Shown: in pieces, positions 16,248 through 26,139 of the stretch
Layout: each line of letters begins with the position of its first letter
Numbering within the stretch: position 1 is the stretch's first letter
Assembly (NCBI GenBank): GCA_021162815.1
Contig: JAGGXW010000003.1
Coordinates: 3,542 to 67,541, forward strand
Direction: 5' to 3'
From: Thermoplasmata archaeon
Lineage (GTDB): Archaea; Thermoplasmatota; E2; UBA202; JdFR-43
DNA length: 64,000 nt
Position numbers and translations under genes: made by a program
The notes under the pieces: model-generated
Databases searched by the model: none
The model's input: the letters and a program-made list of their open reading frames with translations, nothing else
What the model was told of the DNA's origin: nothing

Positions 16248-16969
16248 GAAAGCTGGCAGGAATTGTCATAGCAGGAATATTCTTCATTTCAATGATGATG
16301 CTATTTTACCACCTTCCAGCCTCTCATGACTTATCTTCAAATGAGTATTATTACAGGAATCCAATAAATGGAAGCGTTGCCAACGAAAGCATTCCGGAGC
16401 ATTATATAAAATATACAAAGAATGAGACAGGAGCTGTCAATGCAGTTACAGCAATAGTTGTTGAGTACAGAGGTTTTGATACCCTTGGAGAGGTGACGGT
16501 TCTATTCACGGCAGCAACAGGTGTTTCCTTTTTACTTTCCCTTGCCGTGAGAGGAAGGAAAAGGGAGGAAGCAAATCTCATTCTTAAAGAGGGTTCAAAA
16601 CTTGTTCTTCCATTCATACTGCTTACTGGTGCATACATATTCATTCATGGGCATTTAACACCAGGAGGAGGATTTCCAGGAGGGAGTGTTGTTGCCTCTG
16701 GTTTCCTACTCATGATGCTTGCCTATCCGAAGTTCTTCATGAAGGATAGAATATCATGGTTTGAAAGCGCCGCAGGCACCGCATTTGTTGTTATTGGATT
16801 ACTCGGCCTTGTTCTTGCCACCTCATTTCTGCAGAATTTCATTCCTGTTGGCACGCCGGGACAGCTTGTAAGTGCTGGAATAATTCCTCTCATCTACATA
16901 GCCATAGGATTTAAAGTTGGCTCTGAGTTGAGTGCAATAGTTAATAAAATGAAGGAGGTGCAGGGATGA
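16235..16969 (+). CDS. MrpB-like membrane subunit (MbhE-like)
   Basis: MnhB-domain motif NAVTAIVVEYRGFDTLGEVTVLF. Confidence 0.65.
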   Translation: MGRMRKLAGIVIAGIFFISMMMLFYHLPASHDLSSNEYYYRNPINGSVANESIPEHYIKYTKNETGAVNAVTAIVVEYRGFDTLGEVTVLFTAATGVSFLLSLAVRGRKREEANLILKEGSKLVLPFILLTGAYIFIHGHLTPGGGFPGGSVVASGFLLMMLAYPKFFMKDRISWFESAAGTAFVVIGLLGLVLATSFLQNFIPVGTPGQLVSAGIIPLIYIAIGFKVGSELSAIVNKMKEVQG

Positions 16970-17298
16970 TATGGGCAATGTATTTTGCGGTTGCAGTGCT
17001 TCTGACAGCAGGACTTTATGGGGTAATAACAAAGAAGAATCTGATGAAGGTGTTCATTTCACTTTCAATAATGGAGACAGGAGTAAATCTCCTGCTCATA
17101 ACCATAGGCTATATACCTGGAGGAACGGCTCCAATTGAGAATGGTAACTTTGCGAAATATGTTGATCCAGTTCCTCAGGCTCTCGTTCTCACAGCCATAG
17201 TCATAGGTGTTTCCGTTACGGCCCTTGCATTATCACTTCTCATAATGTATCATTCAAAGGCAGGAACACTAGAATATAAGGAGGGGATGAAATGGTAA
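16966..17298 (+). CDS. MrpC/NuoK-like membrane subunit
   Basis: 110 aa with three TM helices and a NuoK/MnhC-like pattern (LSIMETGVNLLLITIGY). Confidence 0.65.
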   Translation: MIWAMYFAVAVLLTAGLYGVITKKNLMKVFISLSIMETGVNLLLITIGYIPGGTAPIENGNFAKYVDPVPQALVLTAIVIGVSVTALALSLLIMYHSKAGTLEYKEGMKW

Positions 17299-18644
17299 TG
17301 CATCCTGTATTGCTTATAGCCATTCCATTGCTTGTTGCCTTCATTATACCACTCTTCAAAAAATATGGTCCCAGCATAGCTCTTGGTGCCCTTGCTCTGA
17401 ATACCGGCATATCCATAGCTTTATTCTCTGTTGTCTACTCCACAGGAACAGTTCATGAAATCATAGCAGGATTTGCTCCTCCCATAGGCATATTTCTTGC
17501 AGTCGACAGTCTCTCTGCCCTCCTTGCAATGATAATCAATTTATTTGCTCTGATAAACTTCATGGCGATAGGGAAGGCAAGCGAATACAAATTTTCAATG
17601 CTTTACCTTCTCGCAGTCGCTGGCTCCACGGGAATAGTGATAACGGGAGACATATTCAACATGTTTGTATTCTTTGAGATAACTGCAGTTGCTTCCTATG
17701 CTCTTGTGGCATCCAGAAAGGATAAGAAGTCAATGGAGGGAGCCATAAAATACATGATTCTCGGCTCTCTGGGCTCAATATTCATACTCATCGGTATAGC
17801 CCTAATATACAGCCAGCTTAAGAGCCTGAATATATATGATATAGCAAGCAGAATCTCAACAATGGATGCAAAAATAAAGTGGGCATCCGTTGCCATGCTG
17901 CTTACAGGAATAGGTGTGGAGGCGGAGATATTCCCTCTCAATGGATGGGTTCCGGATGCATATCAGGGTGCTTCTGGTGGTGTTGCATCTCTCCTTTCTT
18001 TTGGACCTTCGAAGGCAGCCATATATGCAATAGCGAGAATAATGCTTGTGATATTTCCTCTTCAGAAGGTTTATTACCTTGTGCTTACCATTGGAGTTAT
18101 CACCCTGCTGATAGGTGAGCTGGCTGCTCTGAAGCAGGAGAATGTTAAAAGAATGCTGGCATACTCCTCCATAGGACAGATGGGGCTTATAACAATAGCC
18201 ATAGCCATGGGCATGAATGAGAAGAATGCAATACTGGCAATATTCTTTTTAATGGTGAGCCATGCATCATCGAAAGCATCTCTCTTCTTGCTTTCCGACT
18301 CCAGTGGAATGGGAAGCGCGGCGACCAAATATACTGGCATTGTCTCTGTGCTGGGCATTGTTGGAATGCCTCCATTTGCCGGATTCTGGGGCAAATGGTA
18401 TCTTTTGATGGCTGCCATAAATGGTAATATGCTCTGGGTGATAGTACTCATATTCTTCTCCGGCATAGTTGAGGCAGCATACTTTGCAAGATATCTGCAC
18501 AGATATTATGGCAATGAGGAGAGTTTCTCGAGGCTTACAAAATACTCAATGGCAGTGCTTGCCACAATGAGCCTGATATTTGGATTACTCCCGCTAATAT
18601 ATGAAATGGGTTTAAAAACACTATTTGGAATGGGAGGTGTGTGA
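17292..18644 (+). CDS. MrpD/NuoN-like antiporter-type membrane subunit (MbsH-like)
   Basis: 450 aa, polytopic, with the NuoL/M/N-family proton-pumping fold pattern. Confidence 0.75.
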   Translation: MVMHPVLLIAIPLLVAFIIPLFKKYGPSIALGALALNTGISIALFSVVYSTGTVHEIIAGFAPPIGIFLAVDSLSALLAMIINLFALINFMAIGKASEYKFSMLYLLAVAGSTGIVITGDIFNMFVFFEITAVASYALVASRKDKKSMEGAIKYMILGSLGSIFILIGIALIYSQLKSLNIYDIASRISTMDAKIKWASVAMLLTGIGVEAEIFPLNGWVPDAYQGASGGVASLLSFGPSKAAIYAIARIMLVIFPLQKVYYLVLTIGVITLLIGELAALKQENVKRMLAYSSIGQMGLITIAIAMGMNEKNAILAIFFLMVSHASSKASLFLLSDSSGMGSAATKYTGIVSVLGIVGMPPFAGFWGKWYLLMAAINGNMLWVIVLIFFSGIVEAAYFARYLHRYYGNEESFSRLTKYSMAVLATMSLIFGLLPLIYEMGLKTLFGMGGV

Positions 18645-20475
18645 AATGCTTGATATAATACTTGCCGAAATACTGGTGGCTGCCATAATAACATTTTTTG
18701 TGGGGAGAAAGTTAGCAGCCATTATAGCCATGGCCGTTTCAATTCTCCCTTTAATCGCTCTGCTTGACTGGGCATCTCTGTATGGGTTTAATATCATACA
18801 TCTTGGAATTGAAAAAAGCATTTCCATACCAATTGCTGGCGTTTCGCTGAATCTCGCCATAACTCCCTTAGGATGGTTCTTTGCTCTGATGATTATTCCA
18901 TTATTCCCGGCAATAATGCTTTTTTCCTACTCCTTCTACAAGAAAAATGATGGTTTCTATCCATTTATGCTGCTTGCACTTCTCTCCAGCATAGGCATAA
19001 TAATGGCAAAGGACATGCTCACATTCTTTTTATTCTGGGAGATGATGTCATGGTCGTCCTTCCTTCTCGTTTACAGAAGCCGGGATAAGGAGGCGGTGAT
19101 GAGTTATTTCATATTCTCTTCTCTCTCAGCATTTCTGATATTCCTGGGCATACTCATAATATATCAGCAGAACGCCTCTCTCCTCCTTTCAAGTATAAAC
19201 ATTGAGAGCAATGCCTATGGAGTTGTTGCAATCATTTCACTCATTGCAGGGTTTGCAATAAAAAGCGTTCTCATGCCACTGCATGCATGGGCACCCTATG
19301 TTTACTCTAAGTCAGATGAACCATTTGTTGCTTTTCTTGCAGGAGGCCTGAGCAAACTTGGCTATTACGGAATGTTTCTCATTCTTTTCATTCTTGCAGG
19401 AGCAAAGGTTCTTGAAACTTACTTTACAAATCTCTCTCCAAATTACATTCTGGCTGTGTTCGGCGCTTTATCTGCGTTCATAGCAACTTTAATAGCCTTC
19501 ATGCAGGATGATATGAGGAAGCTTCTGGCTTACTCCTCCATAGGTCAGCTTGGATACATAGCCATTGGATTTGGAATAGGCACTCCTCTGGCAGTATCTG
19601 GAGCATTATTCCAGGCATTCAATCATGCTTTCTTCAAGGCTGTGCTTTTCCTGGCTGCTGGGGCTGTGGCATATCGCACAGGCAAGTGGAAGATAAGTGA
19701 GCTTGGAGGAGTTGGATACAGAATGCCTTTCACATTCATGGCTACCTTATTTGCCATATTTACTCTCGCTGCAATACCTATAACCAGTGGATTTGCAGCA
19801 AAATGGTTGCTTTATGAATCTGCCATAGATGCCAAATACATATTTGTGGCTCCAATCATGCTCATAGCAGGTGTGGGAGCATTTCTCTATTCTTTTAGAA
19901 TACTGTATGGCGTCTTTCTCGGAGAGAACCGTTATCCCAACATAAAGGAGGCGCCAAAGAGCATGGTTGCAGCAATGTTCATTCTTGTCATGCCTCTCCT
20001 GATATTTCTCATCTTTCCTGGCTACATGCTTGATATGATGCATGATGCACTCATATCGGGCAATATAGCCACGCTGAATCATAACGCGTTTGTCATAGAA
20101 ACATCTCTTGCATCCTACAACACCATTGCTGTGATAGTGGCATTGATGATTGCCCTCATTCCAGCCATACTCATATATAAGACGAGAAAGCATAGAGTTG
20201 TTGATTTCATGGATAATTATCTTGCTGGAGAGCTTCCAGAGCTATATGATAATAAGATATCAATGCATGCAGCAAGCAGGTTCTACAAGCCCATAGAGGA
20301 GATAATAGGGCCGTATTTTGAGCCAGGAACAATGAGTTACTATATGGCTATCTATAGAGGTCTTAAAGCAATATCAGATGCTGTAAGGAAGATTTATACT
20401 GGTAAGGCGGGTGATTATGCAATATATGTCACTCTCTTCCTTCTCATAATAATGGGGTGGTTTATATGGATGTGA
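18625..20475 (+). CDS. MrpA/D / NuoL-like antiporter-type membrane subunit (MbsH-prime-like)
   Basis: 616 aa, polytopic, second antiporter-like paralog. Overlaps both neighbouring genes. Confidence 0.75.
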   Translation: MEWEVCEMLDIILAEILVAAIITFFVGRKLAAIIAMAVSILPLIALLDWASLYGFNIIHLGIEKSISIPIAGVSLNLAITPLGWFFALMIIPLFPAIMLFSYSFYKKNDGFYPFMLLALLSSIGIIMAKDMLTFFLFWEMMSWSSFLLVYRSRDKEAVMSYFIFSSLSAFLIFLGILIIYQQNASLLLSSINIESNAYGVVAIISLIAGFAIKSVLMPLHAWAPYVYSKSDEPFVAFLAGGLSKLGYYGMFLILFILAGAKVLETYFTNLSPNYILAVFGALSAFIATLIAFMQDDMRKLLAYSSIGQLGYIAIGFGIGTPLAVSGALFQAFNHAFFKAVLFLAAGAVAYRTGKWKISELGGVGYRMPFTFMATLFAIFTLAAIPITSGFAAKWLLYESAIDAKYIFVAPIMLIAGVGAFLYSFRILYGVFLGENRYPNIKEAPKSMVAAMFILVMPLLIFLIFPGYMLDMMHDALISGNIATLNHNAFVIETSLASYNTIAVIVALMIALIPAILIYKTRKHRVVDFMDNYLAGELPELYDNKISMHAASRFYKPIEEIIGPYFEPGTMSYYMAIYRGLKAISDAVRKIYTGKAGDYAIYVTLFLLIIMGWFIWM

Positions 20476-21422
20476 GCGCAATTATGATAAAATCTGCGGT
20501 TGTGATTGCATACGCTTTCATAGGAACATTTATTGGCTTGCTCTTCCTCGGTGTAGGAAGAAAAATTGTTGCAAGGGTGCATAATAGAGTTGGCCCTCCA
20601 TTCTATCAGGGTTTCATAGATGTTGCAAAACTGCTGAGTAAAAAAACCAACATAAGTCATGGATGGATATTTGACCTCGCTTTATTATTCTCCATATCCG
20701 GCATACTGCTTGCATTTGCATTCCTTCCTGTTGGAGGGATAAAGCTTCTCAGCACGGATGGTGATGCATTCCTTGTTCTTTATCTTCTTGCCATCCCTGC
20801 TCTGGGCTTTGCGCTGGGTGCAGGGGCTTCAGGTAATCCAAATGCCGGGATAGGGGTTATGAGGGCTCTTGTCATGATGCTTTCCTATGAACTGCCATTT
20901 GTGATAACCATGATAGCCCTTATGATATATTATGATACAACCTCCATAGCAAGAATTGTTGAATTGCAGAGTGTGAACGGAATAAGCAGCTGGGCAATAT
21001 TCATACCACCTTTCATGCTTGCAGCCGCAGTTGCTGACATGGCTCTTCAGGGTATGCTGATGGAGCAGCCATTTGATATTCCAGTAGCTCCTCATGAGAT
21101 AGCATCTGGCCCGATGGTGGAATTCGGTGGGAAGTATCTTGGAACTTTAATGCTTTACAAGGCCATAAGCATTGTTGTGGAGACAACGCTTTTTGTTGAC
21201 TTCTTCCTTGGAGGGGGTGTAATAATGCATGGTGGCATCGTTGCCAACATAGCAAATTTCATTGTCTGGTTTGTGCTCATATTTATTGTATTCACCCTCT
21301 CCCTGCTCATAAACACTGCATTTCCACGCTTCAGAATAGAGCAGGCTTTCACATTTTACTGGAAGTATGAGGCAATACTTGCAACAGTTGCCTTAATATG
21401 GGTTTACTGGATGGTGATATAA
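20457..21422 (+). CDS. NuoH-like membrane subunit (MbsM-like)
   Basis: NuoH signature region RVHNRVGPPFYQGFIDVAKLL. Confidence 0.75.
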   Translation: MVYMDVSAIMIKSAVVIAYAFIGTFIGLLFLGVGRKIVARVHNRVGPPFYQGFIDVAKLLSKKTNISHGWIFDLALLFSISGILLAFAFLPVGGIKLLSTDGDAFLVLYLLAIPALGFALGAGASGNPNAGIGVMRALVMMLSYELPFVITMIALMIYYDTTSIARIVELQSVNGISSWAIFIPPFMLAAAVADMALQGMLMEQPFDIPVAPHEIASGPMVEFGGKYLGTLMLYKAISIVVETTLFVDFFLGGGVIMHGGIVANIANFIVWFVLIFIVFTLSLLINTAFPRFRIEQAFTFYWKYEAILATVALIWVYWMVI

Positions 21423-21423
21423 A

Positions 21424-21975
21424 ATGATGAGATATGAAGAATGGAGTGGAATAGCCAGGAAGGCAAGCAAGCGTTCATTGTGGATGGTTCATTTCTGCAC
21501 AGGGTGCGGAGCAATTGAGATGCCACCTGTTATGACATCCCGCTATGACATGGAAAGATTCGGCATAGCTTCCATGGCTACGCCCCGCCAGGCTGATGTT
21601 TTGCTCATAACCGGCTATCTCACCGTTAAAACATTAAAGAGAGTTGTACAGGTGTATGAGCAGATGCAGTCTCCAAAATATGTAATAGCCCTTGGCTCAT
21701 GTACCATGAATGGAGGTATGTACTGGGATTCATACAACACCATAAAAAGGCTGGATAAGTACATTCCTGTGGATATATATGTGGCGGGTTGCATGCCCAG
21801 GCCAGAAGGGATAATGAATGCATTCCTGAAATTAATGAAGCTCATCGATGAGGGAAAAGCCAGAGGATGGGAGAGATATAAAAAATATTATGAGAGGTAC
21901 AAGAAAAACCAGGAGATGGCATTCAATTTTGTGAAGAAGGAAGAAAAAGAGGAGGAGAAAAATGAAGGCGATTGA
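21424..21975 (+). CDS. NuoB-like [4Fe-4S] small subunit (MbsJ-like)
   Basis: Four-Cys pattern FCTGCG ... GSCTMNGG ... GCMPRP, typical of NuoB and the small subunits of group-4 hydrogenases. Confidence 0.8.
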   Translation: MMRYEEWSGIARKASKRSLWMVHFCTGCGAIEMPPVMTSRYDMERFGIASMATPRQADVLLITGYLTVKTLKRVVQVYEQMQSPKYVIALGSCTMNGGMYWDSYNTIKRLDKYIPVDIYVAGCMPRPEGIMNAFLKLMKLIDEGKARGWERYKKYYERYKKNQEMAFNFVKKEEKEEEKNEGD

Positions 21976-22432
21976 ACTGCTTGGAAAAGGGGAAGAGATG
22001 AATGGCAGGGCTTATGTGAAGATTGATAAAAGCGAGCTGGAAGAGGCGATTAAAACACTCAAGGAAAATGGTTACAATCATTTTGTCATGCTTTCATGTA
22101 TAGACTGGCTTGATGATGGAGAGTTTGAGTTAGTTTATCATCTATGGAGTTATGAGGAGAGAGAGCATGTTATGTTATCTGTTAGGGTGGCAAGAGATGG
22201 AGAGAGCATGCCATCCATGCATGAACTTTTCCCCCAAATAGAAACCTATGAGAGAGAGATACATGAAATGTATGGAATCAAATTTGAGGGCAATCCCAGA
22301 CTTACGCCTTTCTTCTTAGAGGGGTGGCGTGATATGCCCCCCATGAGGAAGGATTTTGATTCAAGAAAGTTCACCAAGGATGTGTTTGGAAACATATCCA
22401 CCATAGAGGAGGAAGAAGATGAAGGAATATGA
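21962..22432 (+). CDS. NuoC-like subunit (MbsK-like)
   Basis: 156 aa with the NuoC/30-kDa subunit pattern. Overlaps its neighbours. Confidence 0.7.
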   Translation: MKAIELLGKGEEMNGRAYVKIDKSELEEAIKTLKENGYNHFVMLSCIDWLDDGEFELVYHLWSYEEREHVMLSVRVARDGESMPSMHELFPQIETYEREIHEMYGIKFEGNPRLTPFFLEGWRDMPPMRKDFDSRKFTKDVFGNISTIEEEEDEGI

Positions 22433-23546
22433 ATTGTTTATAGGTCCGCAGCATCCTGGAATAACAGGAAACATGATGTATCATTTATGGGCAGAGGGAG
22501 ATACTGTTGTGAAGGCAGAGTGCAATGTCGGCTATCTCCACCGCGGATTTGAGAAATTGATGGAATCCCGTCTATGGATGCAGAATATCCCGCTTGTATG
22601 CAGAATATGCGTCCCCGAGCCAGATGTAAATGAAGCAGCATATTCTATGGCTGTTGAACAACTCATGGACTGGGAGGTGCCTGAGAGGGCAAGGTACATA
22701 AGAACCATTGTTCTGGAACTGGCGAGAATATCTGCATATCTCATGGCAATAGGGGGATATGCTGGCAGTATAGGAATTTACACACTCCCGCAGTGGATGA
22801 CAGGGGATAGAGATTACATACTTGACATATTTGAACAACTCACAGGGGCAAGAGTGTATCATATTTACATATGGCCTGGTGGTGTAAGATGGGATATGCC
22901 GGACAATTTGCCAGGTTTAATAGAAAGAACACTCAATTATATTGAGAAGAGGCTTGAACTTTATGATGATGTTCTTTTCAGAAACAGGATTTTCTTTGAT
23001 AGAGCCGTTGGCATTGGGAAAATTCCAAAAGAAAAGGCAATAGAATGGGGAGTTAGCGGTCCAAATCTGAGGGCATGTGGCTATGGATATGATGTGAGGA
23101 AACTCGAGCCTTATGCAGCTTATGATGAAATTGATTTTGATGTGGTTAAATATCCAGAACTCGGTAAATTTGAAGCTTTGTCAGATGGATGTGATGTGTA
23201 TACCAGAATGATAATAAGGAGACTTGAAATAGAGCAGAGCATAGACATAGTAAGGCAGGCCCTCAAAAAAATGCCTGAAGGGGATATCCTGCTCAAACAT
23301 CCAAACTGGCTGCGCTGGAAGGTGCCGGCAGGCTACGCATTTGCCAGAGTGGAGAGCAGCAAGGGAGAGTATGGTTATTTTGTTGTGAGTGATGGTGGTT
23401 TGAAACCTGTGAGGGTTCATGTTAGGGGCCCGAGCTATACGCATGGAATTAATGTTGCTGAAAGAATATTGAAGGGGGCAAATATAGCGGATGTATCCCA
23501 GATATTGTTCAGCCTTGATATTTGTCCACCGGATATAGAGAGGTGA
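22419..23546 (+). CDS. NuoD-like large subunit lacking the complete [NiFe] ligand set (Mbx/Mbs-L-like, not a hydrogenase)
   Basis: LHRGFEKL and an N-terminal CxxC (VCRIC) are present. The C-terminus ends DICPPDIER, with a single Cys where [NiFe] hydrogenases have DPCxxCxxH. Confidence 0.8.
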   Translation: MKEYELFIGPQHPGITGNMMYHLWAEGDTVVKAECNVGYLHRGFEKLMESRLWMQNIPLVCRICVPEPDVNEAAYSMAVEQLMDWEVPERARYIRTIVLELARISAYLMAIGGYAGSIGIYTLPQWMTGDRDYILDIFEQLTGARVYHIYIWPGGVRWDMPDNLPGLIERTLNYIEKRLELYDDVLFRNRIFFDRAVGIGKIPKEKAIEWGVSGPNLRACGYGYDVRKLEPYAAYDEIDFDVVKYPELGKFEALSDGCDVYTRMIIRRLEIEQSIDIVRQALKKMPEGDILLKHPNWLRWKVPAGYAFARVESSKGEYGYFVVSDGGLKPVRVHVRGPSYTHGINVAERILKGANIADVSQILFSLDICPPDIER

Positions 23547-23549
23547 AAA

Positions 23550-24038
23550 ATGAGCGTGTTAAAGCCTTTAAAGGCATGGAAACATCTTGCAAGAAAGCCG
23601 CACACCATAAGGTATCCGAAGGAAGAGCATACGGACATGGATGGAAATAAATTACCTACGGACAGGCTGAGGGGATTCCATTCAAATGATCTGAGCAGAT
23701 GCATAGGATGCAAGCTGTGCGGCAGTATATGCATGAACGGTGCTATAACATATGAAGAAATACCTGAACTTAAGGGAAAAGAGGGCGTTAAGGGAATAAA
23801 CATCCGCCCTGTCATAGATTATGGAAGGTGCTGCTTCTGCGGTTTATGCACCGATATATGTCCGACCAAATCTCTGAAACTCACACCCAATTACAAACTC
23901 ATAAGCACGGACATAAATGACTTCAAGTTCATGCCAACCCAGCTTGTGGAAAAGAATGAAAATTTCGAAATGGACCTGAATGCAGTGATGTTCAGCGCAA
24001 AGGAGTATGCAGAAAAATTTGAGAAGGAAGAAGACTAA
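23550..24038 (+). CDS. NuoI-like 2x[4Fe-4S] ferredoxin subunit (MbsN-like)
   Basis: CIGCKLCGSIC and CCFCGLCTDICP motifs. Confidence 0.8.
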   Translation: MSVLKPLKAWKHLARKPHTIRYPKEEHTDMDGNKLPTDRLRGFHSNDLSRCIGCKLCGSICMNGAITYEEIPELKGKEGVKGINIRPVIDYGRCCFCGLCTDICPTKSLKLTPNYKLISTDINDFKFMPTQLVEKNENFEMDLNAVMFSAKEYAEKFEKEED

Positions 24039-24865
24039 TCCTCTTTCTCTTTTTTTCCTTTCATCAGGTCAAGCATTTTCTTCTGTATTTCCAGCTGCTG
24101 TCTCGCATATGGAGCAATTGTGTTGTCCTGCACAAGCTCTTCAAATAGCATTTTTATCTCTTTAAATGGATGAATCCCATGCAGTTCATAGTAGCTCCTT
24201 GCCCTTGGAGTGCTTATCTCCCTTCCAGCTGCGGCAAATCCGAAGAACTTTCCCTTTTTTTCCACTCCTGCTCCTCCACCTATGATTGCTTCATCATCTC
24301 CAAGCCCAAAGCCAGATTGAGTTATGGGTATGATATTTCCAAAATCAAATATTCTTCCCAATATGCCCTGCTCACTGCTCAGATCAGCTATTTTGTCATA
24401 TCTCAGGCTTCTCTCCTTCCTTATTATTATCCCTCCCCTGGTTATGAGACGGAAGTTTGTTATGATGTATTTGTGGCTTTTTCTATAGACCTCCACAATG
24501 AACAGTCCAAGAATGAAGACCAGAATTGTATATGCAGGTATAAACCATCTATAGTTGCTCCATAAATTATAATACCATAGCATTAATATTCCTGCTGCAG
24601 AAACTGCAGCATAGACGAGAAAAATCAGCCATCTTATGAAAAGAAACGAGAGCACTATGCCAAGCACAATCATGCCAGCAATCCATATCGTCAACCCCTT
24701 CATCATGTCAATGGAAGAGCTGCTCATGCCACCATAAAAATAAAGCATCACAGCACCCCATATTACTGGCAGGAGCCACAGCATGTGATATTTTAAAAAT
24801 GAAAGAGGATGGGGCACAAGCTCATTCAGTTTTTTCTCATTCTCAAGCAGTTTTTCCACATTCAC
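24035..24865 (-). CDS. Membrane protein with bacterial PH (bPH_2/YdbT-like) domain
   Basis: Four N-terminal TM helices followed by YIITNFRLITRGG ... RYDKIADL, typical of bPH domains. Confidence 0.5.
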   Translation of the reverse strand: MNVEKLLENEKKLNELVPHPLSFLKYHMLWLLPVIWGAVMLYFYGGMSSSSIDMMKGLTIWIAGMIVLGIVLSFLFIRWLIFLVYAAVSAAGILMLWYYNLWSNYRWFIPAYTILVFILGLFIVEVYRKSHKYIITNFRLITRGGIIIRKERSLRYDKIADLSSEQGILGRIFDFGNIIPITQSGFGLGDDEAIIGGGAGVEKKGKFFGFAAAGREISTPRARSYYELHGIHPFKEIKMLFEELVQDNTIAPYARQQLEIQKKMLDLMKGKKEKED

Positions 24866-24900
24866 TTAACACGAATGGATAATAAATTTTGTTATATTTC

Positions 24901-25557
24901 TCATCTGGATTGTTCGAGTAATTCCTTTATAGTTTTCTGTTTCTCCTCCGAAAGCTTTTTCATTCCATTTCTTAACATGTATGCGATATTTCTATCACTT
25001 TCCTCCGCCCATTTTTTAAGAATATGAAAAACAGATTCTTCATCCTTCTTTGTTATCTCTCTCAGAGCCCATGCAACGGCTTTTTTCACATCCATGCTCT
25101 CATCTTTCATAAGGCCATCAAGCAGATCAAGACATTTCCTGCTTTCCTCTTTCCTTGTTATTATATATGCTGGCAATGTTGCTGCTGCCAGCCTCCTCCT
25201 CCTCCACACATTTTTGGAATTGGTTTCTTTCTTCAGCATTGAAAAAATTTCATTCTCATCTATCAACGCGAGATTTGATACAACTCTCAACGCCATCTGA
25301 TCGCATATCTCCCAATCAGATATATCATCCATCGTATCCAGAGCAAATTTCTTTACCTTTCCATACTCTGCCCTGCTCAATTTTTGAAGTGCAGCAATGA
25401 CAATCAGCCTTCCTTCTCTTCCTCCTCTCTTCCACAGCTCCATCATTGCCTTCTCATTCCATCCTTTTTTTGCAGAAAGTTTTCCGACCTCATTGCCTAT
25501 GGAGTTCAGCATGGTTGTTTTTGTCAATTTCATCTTGCCTGTCTTTTCCTGCCTCAC
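24901..25557 (-). CDS. DNA alkylation repair protein (AlkC/AlkD-like HEAT-repeat glycosylase family)
   Basis: 218 aa, helical-repeat protein with a pattern that resembles the DNA_alkylation family (NVWRRRRLAAATL ... VKKAVAWALRE). Confidence 0.6.
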   Translation of the reverse strand: MRQEKTGKMKLTKTTMLNSIGNEVGKLSAKKGWNEKAMMELWKRGGREGRLIVIAALQKLSRAEYGKVKKFALDTMDDISDWEICDQMALRVVSNLALIDENEIFSMLKKETNSKNVWRRRRLAAATLPAYIITRKEESRKCLDLLDGLMKDESMDVKKAVAWALREITKKDEESVFHILKKWAEESDRNIAYMLRNGMKKLSEEKQKTIKELLEQSR

Positions 25558-25644
25558 CTTCTCAAAAATTATGGAAAGGCTGATTCAATATCATCATTTG
25601 CCATGCATTCATAAATTTCCCGTGCAATTTCCTTTTCATTCATT

Positions 25645-26139
25645 TCAATACTCCAGTCCCTCTATGGCATTTGTTCCTGAATCAAAATAGTGCTTCACAT
25701 TCCTCATTTCTGTTACCAGATCTGCGGCATTTATTATCCTTTCATGAGCATTTCTTCCCGTTATTATTAAATTTGTTTCTCCTCTCTCCTCAATCAATCT
25801 CATTGCATCATCTATGTTAACGAGTCCCATTGATATGGCAACATTGAGCTCATCGAGTATGAGAAGGAAGGGCTTTTCCTTTTTTATCAATTCTCTTGCA
25901 AAATCCATGCCCTCTCTGGCAAGTTTATAATCTTCTTCAGATGGCTTTATCACGAATTCCTCCCTTCCAAACTGATATACGGGAAATGGTATGGCTTTTA
26001 TCTCTCCATACTCTCCCTTCTTGAGAAATTGCACCATGAACACCTTTTTGCCGTGACCATGCGCCCTGCAGCCTGTGCCTATGGCTGCGGTGGTTTTTCC
26101 CTTGCCGTCTCCTGTGAAGACAAGTACCTTTCCCTTCAT
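25645..26139 (-). CDS. cobO: Cob(I)yrinic acid a,c-diamide / corrinoid adenosyltransferase (CobO/BtuR type)
   Basis: P-loop TGDGKGKTTAAIG and the LDE motif (LLILDELNVAI). Confidence 0.75.
   Translation of the reverse strand: MKGKVLVFTGDGKGKTTAAIGTGCRAHGHGKKVFMVQFLKKGEYGEIKAIPFPVYQFGREEFVIKPSEEDYKLAREGMDFARELIKKEKPFLLILDELNVAISMGLVNIDDAMRLIEERGETNLIITGRNAHERIINAADLVTEMRNVKHYFDSGTNAIEGLEY

Noticed and set aside
22419-23546. Calling the NuoD-like subunit a [NiFe] hydrogenase large subunit (Mbh/Ech)
   Set aside because: The C-terminal DPCxxCxxH ligand motif is absent and only a single Cys remains (DICPPDIER). It is therefore annotated as Mbx/Mbs-like.
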